A stretch of 64,000 nucleotides of DNA from Macrostomum lignano. Lineage: Eukaryota. Every line of letters begins with the position of its first letter. Positions within the stretch are counted from its first letter, which is position 1. The DNA is taken from the NCBI GenBank assembly GCA_002269645.1, contig NIVC01003365.1:37608-101607 (forward strand), in the 5' to 3' direction. This document shows, one piece after another, positions 48,593-61,822 of the stretch. Below the pieces are notes generated by a model that saw nothing but the letters and a program-made list of their open reading frames with translations, searched no databases and had not been told where the DNA came from. The translations under genes and the position numbers were made by a program.

Positions 48593-49445
48593 TAGAACGC
48601 TATCTATCGAGTGTCTATGGTACAGCTATCTATCGAGTGTCTATGGTAAAGCTATCTATCGAGTGTCTATGGTACAGCTATCTATCGAGTGTCTATGGTA
48701 AAGCTATCTATCGAGTGTCTATGGTACAGCTATCTATCGAGTGTCTATGGTAAAGCTATCTATCGAGTGTCTATGGTAAAGCTATCTATCGAGTGTCTAT
48801 GGTACAGCTATCTATCGAGTGTCTATGGTAAAGCTATCTATCGAGTGTCTATGGTACAGCTATCTATCGAGTGTCTATGGTACAGCTATCTATTGAGCGT
48901 CTATGGTACAGCTATCTATCGAGTGTCTATGGTACAGCTATCTATCGAGTGTCTATGGTACAGCTATCTATCGAGTGTCTATGGTAAAGCTATCTATCGA
49001 GTGTCTATGGTACAGCTATCTATTGAGCGTCTATGGTACAGCTATCTATCGAGTGTCTATGGTACAGCTATCTATCGAGTGTCTATGGTAAAGCTATCTA
49101 TCGAGTGTCTATGGTAAAGCTATCTATCGAGTGTCTATGGTAAAGCTATCTATCGAGTGTCTATGGTAAAGCTATCTATCGAGTGTCTATGGTAAAGCTA
49201 GTGTCTATCTATCTATCGAGTGTCTATGGTAAAGCTATCTATCGAGTGTCTATCTATCTATCGAGTGTCTATGGTAAAGCTATCTATCGAGTGTCTATGG
49301 TAAAGCTATCTATCGAGTGTCTATGGTAAAGCTATCTATCGAGTGTTTATGGTAAAGCTATCTATCGAGTGTCTATGGTAAAGCTATCTATCGAGTGTCT
49401 ATGGTACAGCTATCTATCGAGTGTCCATGGTAAAGCTATCTATGG
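48593..49445. repeat. Minisatellite, 26-bp unit agctatctatcgagtgtctatggta(c/a); duplicate ~60140-60960
   Basis: More than 30 tandem copies. Confidence 0.95.
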
Positions 49446-49508
49446 AGTGTCATTGTTGATGGACTATCAACAGGAGTTGCATTCGCTTAATCACCGCTCA
49501 ATGAAAAT

Positions 49509-50308
49509 TTATTCAGCAGAGCCGCCAGGAGCTCGTGCCTTGCTAGACTCAGCCAGGTGCTGGCCCCTGTCAATCTTGATCATCGGGCTCACGTATTCCG
49601 TCAGATCGGCAGCCACGTGAATCTCGTCGTCCTTCTTATCGGTCGAAGCGGTCGGATTTTTTTCGATCTTTTCTGTTTTAGCTGAAGAAGATGCGGCCGC
49701 AGCAGCCGCAGCCGCTGCTGTCACATCCTCGGAGGCCGCGCCGCTGAGAGCCATGTCCAAGGGGTTCGAGTACAGAGTGACATCGGCCGCGATCATGAAG
49801 TCTGGGGAGTAGAACAGTTGCTTTTGTATTGGAGTGCTTAGAAAGGAGTGCTCAGTCTGTATGGTAAGGAGTTATGATACAAGCCATGAAATATTAGTAC
49901 AACAGTTGGGATGGAATGCTCGGAATAGAGTACTTAGAGAGGAGAGTGCCCAGGAAGGATGGAATGCTCAGAATAGAGTGCTTAGAGAGGAGAGTGCTCA
50001 GGCAGGATGAGATGCTTGGAATAGAGTGCTTAGAGAGGAGAGTGCTCAGGCAGGATGAGATGCTTGGAATAGAGTGCTTAGAGAGGAGAGTGCTCAGGCA
50101 GGATGAGATGCTTGGAATAGAGTGCTTAGAGAGGAGAGTGCTCAGGCAGGATGAGATGCTTGGAATAGAGCTCTTAAACATCCTTTCGTGGTCAGCAATC
50201 TTAATAAGATATAAAAAATGTAGTCAACCTTGACAACAAAAAAAGAGTTTACTTAGGCAAGTCCCGCAAAGCAAACACAAAACTACAAGGAAAGCACTCA
50301 CCGTCCAT
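49509..50308 (-). CDS. Candidate small spliced gene, ~99-aa protein of unknown function (MDDFMIAADVTLYSNPLDM...GGSAE)
   Basis: Minus-strand micro-exon 50326-50302 (tttatag| ... G|gtgagt) contains an ATG at 50308 and splices in phase to exon 49801-49509 (ccccag|). AATAAA overlaps the TAA stop. Further minus-strand donors at ~50471 and ~50704 may be UTR exons. Confidence 0.55.
49910..50172. repeat. 48-bp minisatellite x~5 in the intron of the small gene; duplicate ~61424-61686
   Basis: cttagagaggagagtgctcaggcaggatgagatgcttggaatagagtg unit. Confidence 0.9.
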
Positions 50309-50997
50309 TGCAACAGCTGCTAGCGCCTATAAAAACTACGCTGATTTTCAGGTATACGAGCTAGACAGCGTCTCGGGTAGCAACTAAATTTTGTCTCTTT
50401 ATATGCGATGGAGAGCGAGGCTGCGAAGAGACGTCAGGTAGGTGGACGGAACGCTTCTAGATTCCTCTCACCTTGCGTCCTCGTCTTCCCTAACCTCCGC
50501 CCGACCCTCCGGCCGATCATTTCTCCCCCCATCGGAGCGTGTTATTTTCGAAGCGGCCCGGGCGTTGCTAGGGGCAACGTCCCCTTGGACTCGGTACTCG
50601 AGTTCAGGCGAGGCAAGACAGGTGCAAAAGAGATGAGAAGAAGCGAGAGGCAGGCCAGGAAGACTGGAACTGTCTACCCGAATCCCATGGAATATTTGAC
50701 TCACCTGTCGTGTCTTGGCTTGATTAGGCCGGCTCTACAAGGCGATTCGAGAGGAACTTCTAATTAACAAAATCCCTAGGGGCCAAAATTCGGCTGGAGC
50801 TTTCGAGTGACGAATTTCTGTTTTGGCGCCTTACCGGCCCCTAGCCGGTATATACTTTATACGGCCCCTAAATTTACATAATTTACAAAAATTATGTAAA
50901 TTTATCTCTGCTCCCTTCTGGATCGCTTTTACAAGCTCGAATCAGTAGCTTCAGTTTTGCGCTAGCGGAAGTGACTAACTAGCAAGAGCTTTCGACG

Positions 50998-51192
50998 CTG
51001 TGAAGTTTGGAGCTTGTGAAGTTTGGAGTTTGTGGAGTTTGAAGTTTGTGGAGTTTGGAGCTTGTGAAGTTTGGAGTTTGTGGAGTTTGGAGTTTGTGGA
51101 GTTTGGAGCTTGTGAAGTTTGGAGTTTGTGGAGTTTGGAGTTTGTGGAGTCTCAATCTTGGGAAGTCTCAATCTTGGGAAGTCTCAATCTTG
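50998..51192. repeat. Low-complexity (tgtg(a/g)agtttggag) repeat plus 16-bp gtctcaatcttgggaa x3; duplicate ~62510-62705
   Basis: Directly visible. Confidence 0.85.
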
Positions 51193-51894
51193 TGAAACGA
51201 CCGTTCCTTATCTACTACACTTCATCGCCCCATAGTCCCAACCTAAGCCTAAACTGCAGTGTACGCTCATAAATTCACTTTGCCCCTGGTCCTTTCTCTC
51301 TAACCATTTCATTCTCCATTGCAAGTATTACGAGCGTAATTGCAGATTTCGCGTCCTGACAAATAAATAAAATTTATGAAAAATCACTGCCAATCATTTC
51401 GATTGTTAAAATATGAGCGCAGTCTGCTCACTCCGATTCAGCAGAGTTTAAATTAGATCGACATGTCGAAGTGATGTAATAAGGAATCATATAGTTTATT
51501 TCTGTGTTGCATCACAATAAAGCCATTAAACAATAGAAAAAGCACAATACTAACAAAGATTCGAATTGGTTTGTTCAATTAGCTGAGTAGCATCAGTAGG
51601 AATTACGTGCGTGTACGAGAATTGATAAAGACTGACAAAACAATAGTATAGTTACCACAATCAATGCCTGCGTTGAAAAAACTATTTTGATTGCCTAATT
51701 CTCAGGAAAGCTATCAGAATCACGTGACGCAGCCAAGATTTCAAGTCAGTTACAGCAAACAACCTAAAAACCCTGGCCAACTTTGCGCCCCTTAAGTTTT
51801 TTAACTAAATTTTATTGCCCAAATGCTGACGCACACTAGGTCTACGAAACAATAAAGTTATCTGTCACATTGATAAACTTAAGATGAGTTTGTC

Positions 51895-52300
51895 CCCGTG
51901 CCCTGCCTCTTCTCTACCCCATTTTATTGTCCTACAGTCACACCCTTAAGTCTAAACCGCAATGTACATTATCTGCCGTCTCCCGCCTTGATAAATGTAC
52001 GCTCGTACATCAAATCAGTCCTGTCCCAGTCTCTTCTCTATCCAATTTTATTGCCCTACAGTCACACCCCTAAGTCTAAACCGCAATGTACATTACCTGC
52101 CGTCTCCCGCCTTGATAAATGTACGCTCGTACATCAAATCAGTCCTGTCCCAGTCTCTTCTCTATCCAATTTTATTGCCCTACAGTCACACCCCTAAGTC
52201 TAAAACGCAAAGTACATTACCTGCCGCCTTGATCGATTTACATCAAATCGGTTCTGGCCCTGTCTTTTCTCTACCCTATATTATTGCTCTATAGTCACAC
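51895..52300. repeat. 124-bp tandem repeat (~3.3 units here; one unit fewer in copy 2 at ~63405-63690)
   Basis: cctacagtcacacc at 51931, 52055 and 52179, but only at 63444 and 63567 in copy 2. Confidence 0.85.
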
Positions 52301-53290
52301 ACTATAGTCATCTCCTGGTTGCCTCAATTGCGATCTAGAAGGGGTAGGTTTTAATGGTCAGCTGACTCTCCATGATAAAACTATAATTTGTGTCACATGA
52401 GCTCTGGAAACGAAAAAATCTATAATTAGACCTTTTGAGTAGCTAGATTGCCCTAAAAGTGTCGAAAACGTGCAATTAATTCACGACGTATTATTTACTG
52501 CTTTTGGCAGTAGCAGATCTGGGAGTGTAAAGGGGGTGTCAGCTGACCCGTTTTAAGGAGAGCAAACCTTAGCAGCCAATTTGACAGAAACTGTATACAG
52601 CAATTCAGTAACAGCTGGTTAATTGTAACAAAAAAGCATCGACTAGAATCAGGAATGAGCAGTCAACAATAGAGATTGCATGATAAAAAAATGAGTGTTG
52701 AAATAAAAAACGGCAATCAAGGTCTCCGCACATTCGTATGGGAAATGAATCAGAGCCGGTAGACGCATGGCTTTGGTGGAATTATTCGCATTCTTGGAAA
52801 TCAAAACAGTGTTAATCCGTTTTTATCAACAAGTAGACAGATGCAAGCAGCGGAAAAGAGGGATGAGAAGTGCGGAACAGCAGAAGAAAATGCGATATTA
52901 AAAAACACTAGAAGAAAAGTAAGACGTTGATACTAACGATTTACATAGGAGAAAAAAGCAATTAAAAAACGCGAGCTCAATACTATAAGTACTTGTAAAG
53001 CAAAACAGCAACGAAAAGCGATAAAAGGAGTGTTCGAAAAACAGATTCAATTACTCCGTCTTGAGTAACAACAACGCTCAACAGGAACAAGAGAGAGAGA
53101 CAGAGAAAATATGCATCGTTTTGACTTGAATACTATCGTTATAGTGCAAAAGTGTGTGCGTGCCAGATTACACTACTTATAGTAGGCAAGTAGCACATTT
53201 TAGATGTTTATTAGAAGATTACGAAAATACGACAATATGTTTTTGTGTACTTTTTTAGGCCAAAAAAGCATTTTGTTCGAAAACTTCGAA

Positions 53291-53587
<297 letters not shown>

Positions 53588-53619
53588 TCAATCCCTCACT
53601 CCCGGAATCCCTCCTTCAG

Positions 53620-53822
53620 CCCTCAGATCTACCCTTAGGCCCTCAAGTCTACACTTTAGCCATCAAATCTACCCTTCGGCCCTCAAATCTACCCTTTGGC
53701 CCCAAAGCTACCCTTTAACCATCAAATCTACCCTTCAGCCCTCAAATCTACCCTTTGGCCCCAAAGCTACCCTTTAACCATCAAATCTACCCTTCAGCCC
53801 TCAAATCTACCCTTTGTCCATC
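53620..53822. repeat. ~20-bp caaatctaccctt repeat with 59-bp higher-order period, abutting the duplication breakpoint
   Basis: Directly visible; the two ORFs starting at 53696 and 53755 reflect the 59-bp period. Confidence 0.85.
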
Positions 53823-53850
53823 AAATTGTCCAAGAAATTCCACTCCGCAG

Positions 53851-56800
53851 CTTCAAGCCAGTCTGCCTGAACGGCCAGCCGACCTGCCTGCCGGACATGA
53901 ACTGCCAGCGTCTCTACACCGAGTGGTCGGCCTGGTCGGCTTGCTCAGCCGCCTGCGGCGAGGGTCTCAGCCACCGAACTCGCCAGCTGCTGCAGGAGGG
54001 CCGCCGGCCAGCCGGCTGCGGCAAGTCGGACCTGATCGAGACGCGCCACTGCAACGCCCGGCCGTGCGGCTACGCTTGCAAAGATCGGAATGGCGACTTG
54101 TACACCGAGGGACAGGCTATGCCGGCGCTGGACCAGTGCTCCATGTGGTGAGCTCAAGCTCTTCATGCATGTACACCCGTGCATCTCCTACATGCGTGTC
54201 TAATAGTGAGATTCGATCTGGCCTGGACCTCAGCATGCAGTTAGATACAGACGTTCGAAATCATATTTAATCAACTACAAGCCTCACCCTTTTAATGTCG
54301 GTGGTGACTTTTAATGTCGGTTGGTGACTTTTAATGTCGGTTGGTGACTTTTAATGTCGGTGGTGACTTCTAATGTTGTCAAGCATTCCGCAACCTTTAT
54401 TGCACGCATTATATTGGAGATTACACTATTTATTTTTTAATACTGTACGCGTATGCGTAATTCCAAACTGTTTCTCGCACAGACAGCATTATTAACATCC
54501 TCAACCAACTGCAGCTTCTGCCGCGCCAATCGCACCGAGTGTGTCAGCAAGGCGAAGGTAGGCGAGCCGGTGCCCACCCCGGTCTGGTCGGCCTGGTCAA
54601 CCTGGAGCTCCTGCGTCAGCGCGGCTGCCAACAACCGACGCCAGGAGCGGCGCCGCCGGTGCGTGCGCATCTGTCCAGACGACCCCAGGAAGTGCGGAGA
54701 GTTCTTCGACAAGGAGGAATCGGTCGAATGGAAGGCTTGCCTTCCCAAAACACCGCGTAAGCACTTTGAAATGACAGTGTTGGGACGGGTGGGGGTCGCA
54801 ACTCTCCCATTTCTACCGCAGCTCAGCGCTGCTTCAAGCGTACTAACCGATATCAACTCAGCTTAACTTGCATGTTCTGGCGACCTCTCTTCTCCCCAGT
54901 TCTGAAACGAGACTGCATTGTGTCGCCGGATTGGATCGAGGGCACCTGCTACGCCAACTGCATGGTCCGCTCCGCTGTGGCCAGAGGATTCCGCACTCTC
55001 TACCGGCGAATCCTTCAGCTGCCGGCGAACGGAGGCGCTCCGTGCCCCGAGCTGCGCCGCGAAGACGTGCCGTGCACGAAGACCTGCCCAGTCGACTGCT
55101 CGCAGACCGCCTGGTCTGCCTGGGGCGCCTGCGTCCGCGCCTCCAACTCCGGCTGCTCCGGCCTGCAAGTGCGGTCGCGCGGCGTCTTAGTGCCGCCCGC
55201 CAACGGAGGCCGCGCCTGCGAGGACGCCAAGCAGCTTCGGTCCTGTCTGGCGCCCGGCTGCCAGACCAGCGCCTGTCGGGCTCCAATGACGAAGCAGCCG
55301 CTACAGCAGAGCCGATGCATCGTCCGCTGCTCTGATCTGGCCAGCGAAGACAAGTGCGCGCCAGTCCAGGCTGCCAACGCTGCGGCCGTCAATGCAACAG
55401 TGTGTGCCTGTCCTGCTGGCCAGTACGAACAGGACGGTCGCTGCGTGGCCAAGCAGGCCTGCCGATGCCGCTGGAACGAGGAACTGATGGGCCAGCGAAG
55501 TCCCGGCACCAGGGAGGAGTTCGCAGCCGGGGAGCGGCTTGTCATGGGCTGCAAGAACTGGTGAGCGGCGGTGAACTCTTCTGCACTTACTAAATACCCA
55601 TTGAAGCACATGTACTACTGTTCAAACAACCAATGTACTGACTGCATAGTGGCCTATCCTGCAATCAGAGAATACAGATGATTGTAAGGTGGCTTAGACC
55701 ACTGCCACAAATCAAGACGACATGACAGTCGACCCCTGAACACCCCACCCGGATGCGTATGCGGGCTCACACAGGGTGTACAGTAGGGGGCGTAGCCTAG
55801 CGGTCTAACGCAGCGCTCTGATGTTTCAGCGGCCCAGGCTCGATTCCAAGTCCAGTCATAATAATTTGGGGTTAAATTGGAATCTCGGCTTGGCTCTGCT
55901 CGTGCAATTAACGGCCAGCTTGAGGGCCAACCTCCAAGGCACAGTGAAGTGTATATGCCTAACGATAAATAAAGTCAGGGCCGCTGTACACTCCTGTGTG
56001 AGTGTGTGCCTGTGCGTATGACTGCGTACGTATCCTTGCGCTTGTGTGCCTGCTCAGGGGATGCTCAGTGCATACTACTAGCACACAGCCTACCTTCCTC
56101 TGCCTCTAATACAGGGTGTACTGCACCCCTGACATTCTTATCGTCAGGAGTGTACACTTTTTGTAGCTTTTGTGGGTTGCCCTTTATTGGCCAGAATAGT
56201 GCAGAAAACTCTGGGCCAATATTCGTGCACTAAAGCCCCAAGTTGAGTGTGGCTCACTCACGGAATTTAACCCATGGGGCCGTATGGCGCGAGGGTCGGA
56301 CGCGTTTACCGCTGAGCAGCCCCCCACCCATGTAAAGGTGGCTACCTGATTGCTAATTATCGTTACTCTGCCGGTATTTAACAGCACCTGCCAGGACGGA
56401 GTGTTCAAGTGCAACCGGCTGTCGAGCTGCTCGGACGAGTGCCACTGGTCCAACTGGCGTCCCGAAGGCAAATGCACCGCCGGCTGCCGGCTCAAGCCGG
56501 GCCTGCAGAAGTTTGTGCGCTCGCCGAGAAACTCGGACTACCTGCCGACTAAGGCCTGCCAGGGACCGTCGGTGAAATACGAGCTGTGCAGCTCAACTCG
56601 AAGCTGCGGTAAGTGTGCAAAAAATATGAAACTTTTGTCTAAATGTCAATCTACAAATGAGTACTAAGTCTCTCTAAACTTTCCGATCTCTAAGTTGTGT
56701 ACCGCACAAAATGCAATAAGCATCAGCCCGGTAGCAGACCCTAAATTTCAGCTGCCGTCATCCAGATTCATAAGCCCTAATCTTTCCAATTCCTAACTGA

Positions 56801-58695
56801 CAACGCCTTGAAAGCTCAATAAAACAGTTAAGGGTTCAGGGGGGTTCTAGTTTAGTGGTGAGAGTGTCGGACTCGCGACTTGAAGGTCGGGGGTTCGATT
56901 CCCGATCCCACTGGGAACAATTTGTGTCCTTAAGCAAGGCACTTAACTCTGCATTGCTTCAGTTCACCCAGCTTTAAAATGGGTGCCAGCATTAGCTGGG
57001 GTAATTGAGGGTGCGTGGCGACCCCCCAGTCCTTGGACTGAACAGCCTTCAGATGCGCCGCGCAATAGCTGCGGCTGAGCTGTAGGTTGCACATCTGGCC
57101 CAATTGGGGCAGGTGTAATCAAGTACGATTATTTATGGTTATTATTAATTGGTTTATAAAACGCTTAGGCGCTGGGAAGTGTTGCCTCATAGGCGTCGCC
57201 CTTCATCCTCACTTCCCCTTCCCGTCCATCCAGACTCGCTGTGCCCCAGCGGACAGCGCTACAACGAATTTGGCGAGTGCGATGAGCAGTGCTACTCAGC
57301 GGGCAGCCTCGGACAGCCGCAGCGTCAGCGCTGCCCAGAGCAGGCCTGCGTCTGCGCGCGCGGTCTGGTGAAACGTGGCGACTCGTGCGTGCCCAAATCC
57401 GAGTGCTACAAGTGCTCCAGCGGCAATACTACTCTGCCGGTGAGTAGTTAAGTGGTACACGTGTAGGATTTTAATAATTTTGCTTTCGGAAGTTTGACCC
57501 GCTGCTTATATATACTACTAGGAATATCAGCATGTAGCCTGTAGGCCAAGCGTCATTCAGAACAAACAATTCATTCGCATTTTTCATTTAAACAGGACGG
57601 CGGCTACTCCGTGGACTTGGCAGCCTGCCAGATTGTCACCTGCGACAAGGGCAGAACAAGCGCTGTGCCGCTCAGCGTCGACCAGATGCCGGCCTGCAGT
57701 CTGGAGGACGAACGGATCGCCCAGTCAGCGCCAGTAAGCACCTGTTTAGCTGCTTTTCTGCTCGCGTGAATGTTGCAGTCTGGCTTAGGAGGCAAGTCTT
57801 AGTCTCACTCAGGGTGGTACAGTCTCACTCAGGGAGGTACAGTCTCACTCAGGGAGGTACAGTCTCACTCAGGGAGGCACGGTCTCACTCAGGGAGGCAC
57901 AGTCTCACTCAGGGAGGCACAGTCTCACTCAGGGAGGTACAGTCTCACTCAGGGAGGTACAGTCTCACTCAGGGAGGCACAGTCTCACTCAGGGAGGCAC
58001 AGTCTCACTCAGGGAGGTACAGTCTCACTCAGGGAGGCACAGTCTCACTCAGGGAGGCACAGTCTCACTCAGGGAGGCACAGTCTCACTCAGGGGTACAA
58101 TCTCATTCAGGGAGGTACAATCTCACTCAGGGAGGTACAGTCTCACTCAATGAGGCAGGGTTCCGAGATTTTGTCGATGGTCAAAACCATCCACATATGT
58201 GACACTTTATCACAAAATGTTAGTAATGTGCACTCCATATGCCCAAACAGAAAGTAGCATAGTATGCATAGAATCTATTTAATGCAACACGACCGTTCGC
58301 ACCGCCAGAAGGCGAAGGACCCCAACCGCTGCTGCTACCGGGCTTCGGCTTCCGCCTGCTCGCGCGAGGAGGTGTCAATCTCGAAGTTGGACGACTCCTG
58401 CCTGCTGACTTCGCCAATCCGGGTGCCGCACTGCCGCGGCCAGTGTCCGCAGGCGTCGCCGCTGATCGCGCCGCGACGTTCCGACGTTGTCGCCGCCGAG
58501 GTCGCAGCCGCCGACAGCAGCCAGGTGTACCTGTTGAAGCTGCCAGGCGCTCACTGCACCGGCTGCCTGCCTGACAGGGTGCAGTACTCGCCCACTACGC
58601 TGACAGTGAAGTGCAAATCTGGCGAGAGTCGCCAGCTTCGGATGCCGATCGTGGGCGCGTGCCACTGCAAGCAGGTGCCGTGCCCATCCACCTGA
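53851..58695 (+). pseudogene. ap2: Duplicate set of ap2 3' exons without their own 5' part (53851-54147, 54515-54756, 54900-55560, 56385-56608, 57234-57439, 57596-57733, 58309-58695)
   Basis: Same translations and splice sites as copy 1. It is preceded by a PHTF intron satellite rather than by ap2 exons. Confidence 0.75.
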
Positions 58696-61022
58696 ACCAC
58701 CCAGCTGACAACATTAGATTGAGGATACTAATCAGATTTATTAACTCTCTAGAGAACCTGAATCCGGTGGTTGGTTTGACAAAAACTTATCTCATAGATT
58801 ATTAATCTAAAGCAGAGATTAATGTCTCAATGCTGTTTTGTTAAAACTTTTCCCTACTACTTCTAGTAATATTGTTTGGTATTAACTGCAATCCATCAGG
58901 CTAATGTGTAGAAAAAAAGACGTTAAAATGAATTGGGAATAGCATTTGTTTAAACAAAAAGTGCTTAGCACAAGACACAGAATCACACAACATCAATAGA
59001 CAAGCTGTGAAGGACTGCGTGATACCAAACTAAACTATAGCTGTGTTCCATCGAACGAAACCTAATCTAAACTCTAAACTATTCAATACTGCGGATATTT
59101 AACATTTGACAGGCAAAACTTTGGTTGAAGAGATCCCCGAAAAAAATTCATCGATTTTTGTTGTGCTACTGTCGAAAGAAAGATTTTTATTTTGATTGGG
59201 CTGAAAAATAGTAATTAAAATTAAAGGTTATTACTCTGTCATCCACAAATATACTTTAAAATATTTTATCAAGTGCGACGATTAAACAACAAGTAATATA
59301 ATCTGTCTTTTAACAAAAAATTTTTCTCAAAAAACAAGGGACACTCACCTCACGCTTCGCCTAACTATGAACCTTATCTCCTCCTGACACCCACTTACGC
59401 TTCGCCTAACTATGAACCTTATCTCCTCCTGACACCCACTTACGCTTCGCCTAACTATGAACCTTACCCCCTCCTGACACCCACCTCACGCTTCGCCTAG
59501 CTCAGACCCTACTCCCTCCTGACACCCACCTCACGCTTCGCCTCTAAGACCCTAGAGTTATAAAACGTCGCGAAAATAAAAATTCCACTCGGGCTTAAAA
59601 TCCTGTCCCTGGTAGGGACGGCAACTGTTGAGACAAGGAACACTAGAAGTTACCGTACAACGGAAATCGCTTGCTTGTGTTGAGACTTGAGATTTAGGTG
59701 CTATCAGTAATCGGAACGAAACACGTCAGCAAGGCTATAAATACGAGGAATGGAACAATTATTTAACCGAACTGAGAGCAGAGAATTGAATACAGTGTCT
59801 GCGCGTAATTAAAAGTGCCTGCAAAGGGCGACCGAGTGTGATCGGGAACGGAGAGCTATTATTAGCATGCTGCAATTATGAGAAATGAAGTTGCTCTGAC
59901 GAGCTGGATTCTATTTTTAACTTAACTACAACTCGGTTCACTTAAACAGTAAAGTAATTAATTGCCGCGTAAATATTTGTAATAGAAGAATAAAAATATT
60001 TTGTATTTGTCATTTACTCACACTAGACGCGAGTAGAGGGGCGCTACACTTCTTAAATAATGTAAATAAAAATAATGTCTTTAGATGTAGTGTCTACAGA
60101 TGTTACCATATCGTTCAGTCAAAAACATTTTTATGGTAGAACGCTATCTATCGAGTGTCTATGGTACAGCTATCTATCGAGTGTCTATGGTAAAGCTATC
60201 TATCGAGTGTCTATGGTACAGCTATCTATCGAGTGTCTATGGTAAAGCTATCTATCGAGTGTCTATGGTACAGCTATCTATCGAGTGTCTATGGTAAAGC
60301 TATCTATCGAGTGTCTATGGTAAAGCTATCTATCGAGTGTCTATGGTACAGCTATCTATCGAGTGTCTATGGTAAAGCTATCTATCGAGTGTCTATGGTA
60401 CAGCTATCTATCGAGTGTCTATGGTACAGCTATCTATTGAGCGTCTATGGTACAGCTATCTATCGAGTGTCTATGGTACAGCTATCTATCGAGTGTCTAT
60501 GGTACAGCTATCTATCGAGTGTCTATGGTAAAGCTATCTATCGAGTGTCTATGGTACAGCTATCTATTGAGCGTCTATGGTACAGCTATCTATCGAGTGT
60601 CTATGGTACAGCTATCTATCGAGTGTCTATGGTAAAGCTATCTATCGAGTGTCTATGGTAAAGCTATCTATCGAGTGTCTATGGTAAAGCTATCTATCGA
60701 GTGTCTATGGTAAAGCTATCTATCGAGTGTCTATGGTAAAGCTATCTATCGAGTGTCTATGGTACAGCTATCTATCGAGTGTCTATGGTAAAGCTATCTA
60801 TCGAGTGTCTATGGTAAAGCTATCTATCGAGTGTCTATGGTAAAGCTATCTATCGAGTGTTTATGGTAAAGCTATCTATCGAGTGTCTATGGTAAAGCTA
60901 TCTATCGAGTGTCTATGGTACAGCTATCTATCGAGTGTCCATGGTAAAGCTATCTATGGAGTGTCATTGTTGATGGACTATCAACAGGAGTTGCATTCGC
61001 TTAATCACCGCTCAATGAAAAT

Positions 61023-61822
61023 TTATTCAGCAGAGCCGCCAGGAGCTCGTGCCTTGCTAGACTCAGCCAGGTGCTGGCCCCTGTCAATCTTGATCATCGG
61101 GCTCACGTATTCCGTCAGATCGGCAGCCACGTGAATCTCGTCGTCCTTCTTATCGGTCGAAGCGGTCGGATTTTTTTCGATCTTTTCTGTTTTAGCTGAA
61201 GAAGATGCGGCCGCAGCAGCCGCAGCCGCTGCTGTCACATCCTCGGAGGCCGCGCCGCTGAGAGCCATGTCCAAGGGGTTCGAGTACAGAGTGACATCGG
61301 CCGCGATCATGAAGTCTGGGGAGTAGAACAGTTGCTTTTGTATTGGAGTGCTTAGAAAGGAGTGCTCAGTCTGTATGGTAAGGAGTTATGATACAAGCCA
61401 TGAAATATTAGTACAACAGTTGGGATGGAATGCTCGGAATAGAGTACTTAGAGAGGAGAGTGCCCAGGAAGGATGGAATGCTCAGAATAGAGTGCTTAGA
61501 GAGGAGAGTGCTCAGGCAGGATGAGATGCTTGGAATAGAGTGCTTAGAGAGGAGAGTGCTCAGGCAGGATGAGATGCTTGGAATAGAGTGCTTAGAGAGG
61601 AGAGTGCTCAGGCAGGATGAGATGCTTGGAATAGAGTGCTTAGAGAGGAGAGTGCTCAGGCAGGATGAGATGCTTGGAATAGAGCTCTTAAACATCCTTT
61701 CGTGGTCAGCAATCTTAATAAGATATAAAAAATGTAGTCAACCTTGACAACAAAAAAAGAGTTTACTTAGGCAAGTCCCGCAAAGCAAACACAAAACTAC
61801 AAGGAAAGCACTCACCGTCCAT
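61023..61822 (-). CDS. Second copy of the candidate ~99-aa small gene
   Basis: Offset 11514 from 49509-50308; micro-exon 61840-61816 and exon 61315-61023 are intact. Confidence 0.5.

Noticed and set aside
50408-50767. Plus- and minus-strand ORFs of 64-119 aa around 50.4-50.8 kb
   Set aside because: No recognisable product, and the frames differ between the two duplicate copies. More likely UTR or promoter sequence of the small minus-strand gene.
46221-51272. Periodic ORFs at 46221, 48556-49620, 49894-50233 and 50962-51272 (also 32-229, 51898-52294 and copy-2 equivalents)
   Set aside because: Translations of minisatellites with no splice or domain support.
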